From Candidatus Saccharimonadota bacterium (GTDB lineage Bacteria > Patescibacteriota > Saccharimonadia > Saccharimonadales > Saccharimonadaceae): DNA of 32,000 nucleotides. Position 1 is the first letter of the stretch, and each line of letters begins with the position of its first letter. This document shows, piece after piece, positions 14,079 through 22,127 of the stretch. The translations under genes were made by a program, and so were the position numbers. The stretch spans positions 510,001 to 542,000 of the forward strand of contig JBAQRV010000001.1 of assembly GCA_049296095.1 (NCBI GenBank), read 5' to 3'. The notes below the pieces were generated by a model, which saw only the letters and a program-made list of their open reading frames with translations, was not told the origin of the DNA and made no database searches.

Positions 14079-14474
14079 TTAGTTAAAGAGGCCACCCGGG
14101 ACCAAAAAGTTAAGTAGCGCATACATCCCGGCATAAGCGATGATACCGATGACGATATTCATGATAATACCCATGGCCTTCTTGACTTGCTCTGGGCTAC
14201 CCCCAGCCGAGATATACATAATAGATGCATAGACAATGCCACCGAGGGCGACAACCCCAATACCAGCGGTAAGGATATTGATCGCGAGAAGAAGGATGCC
14301 CCAAGCGCCAGTGTTTTCTACACCGCCGCCTTCGCCTGTCTGATCACAACTAATGATACTCGTTGTCACGCCACCACATTCAGCAGCAGAGGTAGAAGGA
14401 GCGACAAAGCCTATCAGTCCGACAACAAGCAATAGTCCGACGAAAAATAATTTTACTGTTTGTTTTAATCGCAT
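14079..14474 (-). CDS. divergent pilin-family paralog 6, the first gene of the minus-strand array
   Basis: 131 aa. Signal peptide ..STSAA, a Cys pair (ECGGVTTSIISC), and the core LGGIVYASIMYISAGGSPEQVKKAMGIIMNIVIGII. Confidence 0.7.
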   Translation of the reverse strand: MRLKQTVKLFFVGLLLVVGLIGFVAPSTSAAECGGVTTSIISCDQTGEGGGVENTGAWGILLLAINILTAGIGVVALGGIVYASIMYISAGGSPEQVKKAMGIIMNIVIGIIAYAGMYALLNFLVPGGLFN

Positions 14475-14542
14475 AGTTATCTATAAGATACGACAAAGTG
14501 GACGGTTGAGCAAGTTTTTCTGCATGGATAAGCACGAGGGTA

Positions 14543-14571
14543 TTGACTTTTAACGCTTCATAGTGTATAAA
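14543..14571 (+). promoter_or_regulatory. Candidate promoter of the T4SS-like operon: TTGACT, 17 nt spacer, TATAAA
   Basis: TTGACT at 14543-14548 and TATAAA at 14566-14571, in the divergent region between the pilin array and the 14632 gene. Confidence 0.45.
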
Positions 14572-14631
14572 TAAGCGTAAGTTAAAGATTCACGTAATTA
14601 TCCACATAAGTATAAGGAAACAGAATCACAT

Positions 14632-15477
14632 ATGAGTACTATCGATCGAGATCCAAAGGCAAATCAACCTCCAATCCAGGAAAGCCAGCTGCCTGATATC
14701 AACAACGTCTTACCGGAAGCCCCTGAAACACTCCAGACAACTCGTCGTGAAGTGAAAGAAGCTGGATCTAAAGAGAAGAAGAAATTTCCTTTAGGCGCTA
14801 AGATAACTGCTGGTATTGCAGGCCTCGCACTCATTGGTGGTGGTGTTGCATTAGTAGCCAATCAAGCACCTAAACAAGAACCAGTGGCAGAAGCGCCTGC
14901 AGACCCATCAAATCCAGATACGCCAGGCACTGGTGAACAAGGCGAGCTACTTCCAAATGAGATGGAGCTTGAGATTCCTGTCGGCTTAAGTGCCGAGCAG
15001 TTAGGTGAGACCTTTATTGATCGAGAGAATGCCTGGCTAAATGCGGGAACAGACAACCAAAAAATTCTTGATGATAGAACCGAAGCTGGATTAAACAATG
15101 TTTCTATGGGCGAGTTTGTAACTGACCTGGCAACAGAGTTTGCGCCATCATTCGCTAACGCCCTCTACGTTGACGATTGGCAGTCTCGATCTGATATCGT
15201 TGATCATCACTATAAGCCATTCATCGAACTTAATGCTGCTACCCTCGAACGCAACCTAAAGACTGGAGACTCAGCTTTTAGCGACGGCAAGGAGGCCTAC
15301 CACTATACACGCACCGTAGATGCTGTGCGTGAGATCTCGGCAGATGGTACCACCCGTGTTATTGAGATCGACCTAACTGACTCGAATGGTGTATCTGGAG
15401 TCTACACACTGACTTTCGTAAATATAGATGGAACCGAACGTATCGCAGCACTGAGTGTTACGATTGAATCACAGTGA
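14632..15477 (+). CDS. bitopic membrane protein, a VirB8-like candidate by topology only
   Basis: 281 aa: a charged N-terminal tail of about 55 aa, one transmembrane helix (ITAGIAGLALIGGGVALVA), a Pro-rich linker and a C-terminal globular domain of about 170 aa. Confidence 0.7.
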   Translation: MSTIDRDPKANQPPIQESQLPDINNVLPEAPETLQTTRREVKEAGSKEKKKFPLGAKITAGIAGLALIGGGVALVANQAPKQEPVAEAPADPSNPDTPGTGEQGELLPNEMELEIPVGLSAEQLGETFIDRENAWLNAGTDNQKILDDRTEAGLNNVSMGEFVTDLATEFAPSFANALYVDDWQSRSDIVDHHYKPFIELNAATLERNLKTGDSAFSDGKEAYHYTRTVDAVREISADGTTRVIEIDLTDSNGVSGVYTLTFVNIDGTERIAALSVTIESQ

Positions 15478-15593
15478 CTATAGGTGATCCGTTGATATAT
15501 AGCACCTTTGAGTAGTTTTGTGCACATCACTCGAAATCGAGACATACGCTCAAGAGGCGATTACTCTTCTAAATCCATGTCGCTTGTGCTTCA

Positions 15594-18419
15594 ATGGAAG
15601 CAGGCATGCAGTATCGCCATAATTTCAAACCAAAGCTTTCGAAAGTGTTATTGATATCACTAAAGGCACGTCTGTTCAGGACCTGCTTTTCCCTGTTTCG
15701 CAAGCCAATTAAGCTAGTCGCACTCCTAGCACTAGTCGTGTCACTGGTTATTAGCCTTACTCCATTAGCCGTAAGTGCTCAGAAGGCAGTAGGTGGTGGC
15801 ACAAAGGGAGCTATAAAGACTTCATCATTACAACCGTCCGAACAAGCATCGGCGTTTGCTTATTTTAAAGCTCTTCGTTCTTGCATGACGCGCGAGTTCT
15901 CATACCAGAACGCTGGTGGCCTGGCGGCGCAAAACTCGATGAGCCAGCAGAACGCCATTAATTTTGAATGGTTTGATGGACTATGGTGGCAGGTAGGAGG
16001 CCAAATACCGACCACCCCAAATGCTGTTAATATCGGTGCTTTCAACGACCCACGAGGGCTAAACGGTGACGGCTCACAAAACTGCGGTGACAGCGAGGGT
16101 AAGGCCTGGATTGCGAAGGCGGCGGGCCTGTGGGGGTATGATGGCGTTACACTACTATGTGCTTTAGGGTTCACTCGTCAGAGTACCAGCACACCCTGTA
16201 CGGATACAACCGCAGGGGTTACTAATGATTTCTATGCACCGCCTGGACGAGCAGCTGCATTAGACGCACTATGGCAAAGTCCCTCCGGATTTGATAATTC
16301 TTCGCTGGGTATCGCAAGCATTACAGATACTGGGGGAGCTTACCGATTATACTTAGGTAATTTCATGACACAGTGTCGCCCATCCATAGGTGGTAATGCT
16401 TATACGATTCGTGAATATGACCAGACAAAAAAGGAGTGGTCAGATGTAAGGTATGGTGCGCCCGATCGTGATCGTGGAACAGGCTATAGCGTAACGGTCT
16501 GGGATCAACAGCAGATGACTTGTGCCGAACTCGCAGCGGCTATTGACAAAAATGATGATCCAGCGGTTCAAGGATACCAAGCATGGCTAGATAATAACAA
16601 TGGTGAAGAAACGGGCACTCCTGAATTTTGCGCCCAAAACCCGAGCGCTTGTCCAGACGACAACAACACAACCACGTGTGGCGTTGAGGGTATCGGCTGG
16701 ATCATTTGCCCCGTCTTTAATTTCCTGTCAGGCGTGGCCGATGGGACTTATGGTCTCATTGAGGGCTTTTTAGTTACCGACATTAGGGTCGTAGACACAA
16801 GTAGCGGCACCTACACTGCTTGGCAAGCTATGCGAAACTTTGCAAACGTTGGCTTTGTCATTATTTTCTTGATTATTGTATTCTCACAGCTAACAGGGGC
16901 GGGTATAACAAATTACGGGGTCAAAAAAATGCTTCCTCGACTAGTTGTCGCCGCAATTCTCGTCAATGTTTCATTCTTTATTACTCAGCTTGCAGTTGAT
17001 TTGTCTAACATCCTCGGGGGTAGTTTGAGAGATGCACTTGATTTGCCAGTGTTCGATACATTTGATGGTGGATTGGGCCAGGTGCTAGGACAGGGCAATA
17101 CGTTCACTGATGTTGCGAATGGTGTATTAGCAGCTCAGTTGGGGGCCGGGGCGGTCGCTGGAGCAGCTGTAGCGATCTACTTTGGTGGGATTGGATTACT
17201 TATACCAGTTATCTTAGCGGCTGTTGTTGCGGTTATTATGACACTGTTAATCCTTATTGCACGCCAAGCAATAGTTATTTTATTAATAGTCGTATCGCCA
17301 CTCGCATTCCTAGCAATGTTACTACCAAACACCGAAAATCTCTTCAAACAGTGGCGCAAGATTCTTGTTTCTATGCTCATACTGTATCCAGCTGTCGCAC
17401 TTCTGTTTGCCGGTTCACAGCTTGCAGCGGCAATTCTCATACAGTCACTCGCTGATGATAACGTGGTTGGTAAGCTCTCTGCACTTGCGGTGATGATACT
17501 TCCTCTTTTTGCGCTTCCTGCGATACTAAAGGGCTCTCTTAATGCAGTTCCAGCAATCGGTGGACTTGCTCAAAAATTGGCAAATGGCGCTATATCTGGT
17601 ACTCGCAAGGGAAGCGCACAGGCAACGAAAGCACTTGGTCAAAGAGCAGCAGCGGGTAATAGCAAGTTTGCACAATTTGCATCGCGCAGCTTATATGGTC
17701 GTAGTCGCGAGGGTCGAAACCGACAATCATCAGCACGACGCGCTTACGAAGAACCGAGGATTAAGGATATTCAAGATCGCTGGGCAGATCAGAAAATTCT
17801 CAATGACGCAGACGCGTTGATGGGAGTGGTGCAGGCAAAAGGTGCCAGCTCTATTGAAGGTAAGGCAGCCATTGGCCGACTTGCACAAATGGGCAGCACC
17901 GACCAACTTGTCAAGATTAGACGAAGTCATTTGAAAAACGCTACCGATGAAGCTTCTTACGATCGTGCAACTCGTGATTACTTCTCAACCCTAAAAGCAA
18001 AAGATATGCGCGCAGTATACCCATCATCAGCTCTATTCAGTAAAGACCCTGTTACAGGAAAAGAAAAGGGTAAGTGGTCTGAGGTTAAAGGAGTTGACCT
18101 GCACAATATGAGCGACGCAGCAATTGATGAAGGCTGGGCATCTGGAAGTAATAATTTCCGTTCAACACTGATGGAGGTTTTAACGGATCCTGAGCAATCA
18201 AAAAATATCAACAAGTCAATTCGAGAAAAATACGCACAGTACATGACGGTTGTAGGTGAACAGGCTCAATCCTCTTCTACCCAAGGAGGTAGTGCTACGC
18301 CGAATTCACCAGCATCTCCATTAGTACCCCCACCCGGAGCCGGTTCTGGCCCTGGTGGCCTTGTCGTTCCACACGACGATCCTAATAACCCTTTCTTTAG
18401 TGGAAGTCGTAAACCTTAA
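15594..18419 (+). CDS. polytopic membrane protein, VirB6/TrbL/PrgH-like T4SS channel subunit with a large ectodomain
   Basis: 941 aa: a signal-anchor, a Cys-rich ectodomain of about 300 aa, at least 6 transmembrane helices (AWQAMRNFANVGFVIIFLIIVF..., LVVAAILVNVSFFITQLAVD...) and a hydrophilic tail of about 290 aa. The start could be 15594 or 15606. Confidence 0.7.
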   Translation: MEAGMQYRHNFKPKLSKVLLISLKARLFRTCFSLFRKPIKLVALLALVVSLVISLTPLAVSAQKAVGGGTKGAIKTSSLQPSEQASAFAYFKALRSCMTREFSYQNAGGLAAQNSMSQQNAINFEWFDGLWWQVGGQIPTTPNAVNIGAFNDPRGLNGDGSQNCGDSEGKAWIAKAAGLWGYDGVTLLCALGFTRQSTSTPCTDTTAGVTNDFYAPPGRAAALDALWQSPSGFDNSSLGIASITDTGGAYRLYLGNFMTQCRPSIGGNAYTIREYDQTKKEWSDVRYGAPDRDRGTGYSVTVWDQQQMTCAELAAAIDKNDDPAVQGYQAWLDNNNGEETGTPEFCAQNPSACPDDNNTTTCGVEGIGWIICPVFNFLSGVADGTYGLIEGFLVTDIRVVDTSSGTYTAWQAMRNFANVGFVIIFLIIVFSQLTGAGITNYGVKKMLPRLVVAAILVNVSFFITQLAVDLSNILGGSLRDALDLPVFDTFDGGLGQVLGQGNTFTDVANGVLAAQLGAGAVAGAAVAIYFGGIGLLIPVILAAVVAVIMTLLILIARQAIVILLIVVSPLAFLAMLLPNTENLFKQWRKILVSMLILYPAVALLFAGSQLAAAILIQSLADDNVVGKLSALAVMILPLFALPAILKGSLNAVPAIGGLAQKLANGAISGTRKGSAQATKALGQRAAAGNSKFAQFASRSLYGRSREGRNRQSSARRAYEEPRIKDIQDRWADQKILNDADALMGVVQAKGASSIEGKAAIGRLAQMGSTDQLVKIRRSHLKNATDEASYDRATRDYFSTLKAKDMRAVYPSSALFSKDPVTGKEKGKWSEVKGVDLHNMSDAAIDEGWASGSNNFRSTLMEVLTDPEQSKNINKSIREKYAQYMTVVGEQAQSSSTQGGSATPNSPASPLVPPPGAGSGPGGLVVPHDDPNNPFFSGSRKP

Positions 18420-18439
18420 ACTGATATACTATAACCACA

Positions 18440-19357
18440 ATGGCAACCTATAAAGTACCCCAAGACGTCGAGGCGGATGACAAGCTCATTGGTCCGTTTA
18501 GCTTTCGGCAATTCATTTATTTGATTATTGTTGCTTTGGCGGGGGCGTTAGCTTGGGGGTTGGCACAGGTGTTTATTGGGCTGGCGATTATTCCTTTGCC
18601 AATCATCCTTTTGTTTGGGGCGTTGGCATTGCCACTGCGCAAGGATCAGCCGATGGAGATTTACTTGGCGGCGATTGTGTCGTTTTACCTTAAGCCGCGT
18701 AAGCGCCTTTGGGATTCAGATGGTATCGAATCACTTATTGAAATTACTGTGCCGAAAACCGTTGAGGTGAAGCGGACGAAGGACATTACTCAGGCGGATG
18801 CCGAGCAGCGCTTTAGTTACCTGGCAAATATTGTCGATAGTCAAGGGTGGGCGATTCGCGGAGCAGGCATGCAGAGTCCTAATATTGCTATGAATAGTGA
18901 TGTTATTTTAGAAGCGCAAAGCGCACAGGATGTTCTGGATACTAGTAGTTCAGTCGGGCAAACATTCAATGCCATGATCGACAAAGAGGCCGAGCGGATG
19001 CGCCAGCAGGCGATTGATCGCATGCGCCAACCAGCTCCAACTCCTGCGCCAGCACCAATGGCAGCACCGGTCACACCTGATCCTGCCAATCCGTATAGCG
19101 CCTTTTCTTCGACACCATCGTACAACCCATATCCGACAGATATTCAGCAGGCGATGGTGCAACCAGTTAACGATCCGTCTCACCAATTTACTCCGCCCGC
19201 ACAAACAGCGCCAACCACTAGCGATAAACCGCTGTCAGCTGATATAATGAACCTTGCAAACAATGCTGATTTGTCTATTGAGACAATTGCCCATGAAGCT
19301 CATCGTCTTCAAGATAAAGAAGACATGAACGAAGAAGTGGTAATATCACTGCGATAA
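18440..19357 (+). CDS. PrgI-family / VirB3-like membrane protein with a Pro-rich C-terminal extension
   Basis: 305 aa. The N-terminus VPQDVEADDKLIGPFSFRQFIYLIIVALAGALAW plus a second transmembrane helix is the PrgI/TcpE/VirB3-type hairpin. The C-terminus is low-complexity and rich in Pro and Ala. Confidence 0.65.
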   Translation: MATYKVPQDVEADDKLIGPFSFRQFIYLIIVALAGALAWGLAQVFIGLAIIPLPIILLFGALALPLRKDQPMEIYLAAIVSFYLKPRKRLWDSDGIESLIEITVPKTVEVKRTKDITQADAEQRFSYLANIVDSQGWAIRGAGMQSPNIAMNSDVILEAQSAQDVLDTSSSVGQTFNAMIDKEAERMRQQAIDRMRQPAPTPAPAPMAAPVTPDPANPYSAFSSTPSYNPYPTDIQQAMVQPVNDPSHQFTPPAQTAPTTSDKPLSADIMNLANNADLSIETIAHEAHRLQDKEDMNEEVVISLR

Positions 19358-19387
19358 TCAGCAATAACCAGGAGTGGGAAGTAGGGT

Positions 19388-20257
19388 ATGCCGCCAAATA
19401 ATTCATTCTTCAGTCCACCCACACCTAGTGGGTCTCCCGTCCCTGCACCGGTCGCCCCGAATCCAGGGCTTACTCCTGTTGCCCCTACACCAGCGGCAGC
19501 GCCAACTATAGGATCAGGAAATGCACCAGCTCGGCCGACACCAAAAAATCCAAACTCTACTCAGAGTACTCTTCAGCTATCTGAAGTTCGCGACAATATG
19601 GTGATTATGATCGATGGTTCGTTCCGTGCGGTGATTTCATGTAAATCAATTAACTTCGACCTGATGAGCGACCGTGAGAGGGAAGGAGTTGAGTATAGCT
19701 ACCAGAACTTCCTCAACTCCCTTAACTTCCCTGTGCAGATCCTGGTACGTTCTCAGCGGGTTGATATTGGCCCGTATATCGACAAGCTTCTCGATCTGCG
19801 TCGGTCACAGGACAATATGCTCTTGGGGGTTCTCATGGATGATTACATCAACTTCATCGACTCGCTGTCCCAAGAGGCGAATATTATGGAGAAGTCTTTC
19901 TATATCGTCGTACCGTTCTTCCCACAAGGGGATGGTGCCAGTTTAGTTGAGCAGGGTAAAGGCTTCTTTGGCAAGCTATTTGCTCGGCCAAAAAATACGA
20001 TTACACGTATCGACACCGCCGCATACCAAAAAGCGAAAGAAGAAATTAAGAATCGAGTTGATGCAGTGATGGCGGGTATGTTCCAGATCGGTGTGCAGAG
20101 TGTCCAGCTCGACACAAAATCATTAGGTGAGCTGTATTACAACTTCTATAACCCAGACACAGCCGTCCGCCAGCCGCTCGGTGATTTTGAGAATACGACT
20201 GGTACATATGTAAAAAAGGCGCCAGCTGGAACGCAAGCGCCTGGAGGAGTGCTGTAA
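19388..20257 (+). CDS. soluble T4SS-associated protein, possibly a detached VirB4 N-terminal-like domain
   Basis: 289 aa: a Pro-rich N-terminus of about 60 aa, then MVIMIDGSFRAVISCKSINFDLMSDREREGVEYSYQNFLNSLNFPVQILV. The stop overlaps the VirB4 start (TAATG at 20254-20259). Confidence 0.6.
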   Translation: MPPNNSFFSPPTPSGSPVPAPVAPNPGLTPVAPTPAAAPTIGSGNAPARPTPKNPNSTQSTLQLSEVRDNMVIMIDGSFRAVISCKSINFDLMSDREREGVEYSYQNFLNSLNFPVQILVRSQRVDIGPYIDKLLDLRRSQDNMLLGVLMDDYINFIDSLSQEANIMEKSFYIVVPFFPQGDGASLVEQGKGFFGKLFARPKNTITRIDTAAYQKAKEEIKNRVDAVMAGMFQIGVQSVQLDTKSLGELYYNFYNPDTAVRQPLGDFENTTGTYVKKAPAGTQAPGGVL

Positions 20258-22116
20258 TGGCTCGTCAATCTGCCGTTGATGTCGCCGCTCAGCAACGAGC
20301 GCGCGAACAGGCTGAGGTTGAACAGGCCTTCTTAAAGGGCGTTTCGACACTTCGTGATCTGATTGCACCGAGTAGCATCGAGATTCATTCATCATATTTC
20401 CGTCTAGGTACAAAGTATGGTCGCACCCTCTACGTTTATGGGTATCCTCGTCAGATTTACACTGGTTGGCTCAGCTCACTGATTAATATTGATGAGGTGC
20501 TCGACGTCAGTATGTATGTCTACCCAGTCGATAGCCAGGTTGTCCTGACGAACTTGCGCAAAAAAGTGACTCAGCTCGAAGCGAGCACGTCGATCAATAA
20601 CGAAAAGGGGAAGACGCGTGACCCAGCACTCGAGGCGGCGATTAATGACGCTGAGGAACTGCGCGACCAACTACAACTCGGGGCTGAGCGATTCTTCCGT
20701 TTTGGTTTGTACGTGACTTTGTATGCGGACAGCCTCGATGAGCTCAACTTTGTGCAACACAAGATTGAAACGCTGTTTGGTCAGCAGTTGATTTTCAGCA
20801 AGGTAGCTTCATCCCAACAGGAACAGGGACTGAATAGTTCAATTCCTCAAATGACCGACCAATTGCAGATTCGTCGTAATATGAACACCGGCGCAATTAG
20901 CACCAGCTTCCCGTTCACTAGCGCTGACCTGACAGATAACTCCGGAATTCTCTATGGCATCAACATGCATAATAATGGTCTGGTTATTTTTGACCGTTTC
21001 AAACTTGAAAATGCCAACTTGGTTGTCTTTGCAAAATCAGGAGCAGGTAAGTCGTTTACAGTGAAGCTCGAGGCACTCCGTTCAATGATGCTGGGAAGTG
21101 AGATTATTATTATCGACCCAGAGAACGAGTATCAAAAGCTATCTGATGCGGTCGGTGGAAGTTATATTCGTCTCAGCCTCAACTCGAGTACCCGTATTAA
21201 TCCGTTTGATTTGCCGCGGGTGATTGATAGCGACGAGGCTGAGGATGCTCTGCGGGCAAACCTTGTGACATTACATGGTCTTTTCCGCCTGATGCTCGGC
21301 GGTACCCAGGTGGGTACAAATGGCGTCCCGATCTCTGCTTTAACTCCTGTTGAAGAGGCCGATCTCGACCAGGCGCTGATCGATACCTACGCCCGTGTTG
21401 GTATTACCAGTGACCCACTGACACACAACTCGCCACCGCCAACGATTAGTGACCTGTACGACACACTACTTCACATGGGTAATACTGGGCCACAGTTGGC
21501 ACAGCGTCTGCGCAAGTACACAACGGGTACTTTCGCTGGCATCTTTAGTCAGCAATCGAATATCGATATTAATAACCCGATGGTGGTGTTTAATATTCGT
21601 GACCTCGAAGATGAGCTTCGTCCAGTGGCGATGTATATTGTCCTGTCGCACATTTGGAATATCACAAGGTCACAACAAAAGAAGCGTATGTTAATTGTTG
21701 ATGAGGCCTGGCAATTGATGAAATACGATGACTCAGCTAACTTCTTGTTTAGCCTGGCCAAGCGGGCCCGTAAGTACGCCCTTGGATTGACGACTATCAC
21801 TCAAGACGTCGAAGACTTTATGAGTAGCAAGATGGGCCGCGCGATTGTTGCCAACAGTTCGATGCAATTGCTTTTGAAGCAATCTGCTAGTGCGGTTGAC
21901 GTTCTGTCAGACGTCTTCAAGCTCACCGAAGAAGAGAAAAAGCGTCTCGCTAATTTCCCAATTGGGCAGGGTCTCTTCTTTGCTGGGCAAAGTCACGTTC
22001 ATATTCAGATTCAAGCCAGCCCAACTGAACAGCAACTTATTACAACCAACCCGCAGTCGGCGATTCAGGCCGCACAGGCCGCCGAGCAGGCAGGCAACCC
22101 TCTTAATGGGGTATAA
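20257..22116 (+). CDS. virB4: VirB4-family T4SS ATPase (TrsE/PrgJ/TcpF-like)
   Basis: 619 aa. Walker A FAKSGAGKSF, Walker B MLIVDEAWQLM, and the Gram-positive VirB4 N-terminal pattern YGRTLYVYGYPRQIYTGWLSSL. Ribosome-binding site GGAGGAG. Confidence 0.92.
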   Translation: MARQSAVDVAAQQRAREQAEVEQAFLKGVSTLRDLIAPSSIEIHSSYFRLGTKYGRTLYVYGYPRQIYTGWLSSLINIDEVLDVSMYVYPVDSQVVLTNLRKKVTQLEASTSINNEKGKTRDPALEAAINDAEELRDQLQLGAERFFRFGLYVTLYADSLDELNFVQHKIETLFGQQLIFSKVASSQQEQGLNSSIPQMTDQLQIRRNMNTGAISTSFPFTSADLTDNSGILYGINMHNNGLVIFDRFKLENANLVVFAKSGAGKSFTVKLEALRSMMLGSEIIIIDPENEYQKLSDAVGGSYIRLSLNSSTRINPFDLPRVIDSDEAEDALRANLVTLHGLFRLMLGGTQVGTNGVPISALTPVEEADLDQALIDTYARVGITSDPLTHNSPPPTISDLYDTLLHMGNTGPQLAQRLRKYTTGTFAGIFSQQSNIDINNPMVVFNIRDLEDELRPVAMYIVLSHIWNITRSQQKKRMLIVDEAWQLMKYDDSANFLFSLAKRARKYALGLTTITQDVEDFMSSKMGRAIVANSSMQLLLKQSASAVDVLSDVFKLTEEEKKRLANFPIGQGLFFAGQSHVHIQIQASPTEQQLITTNPQSAIQAAQAAEQAGNPLNGV

Positions 22117-22127
22117 TAGGGGTAATT

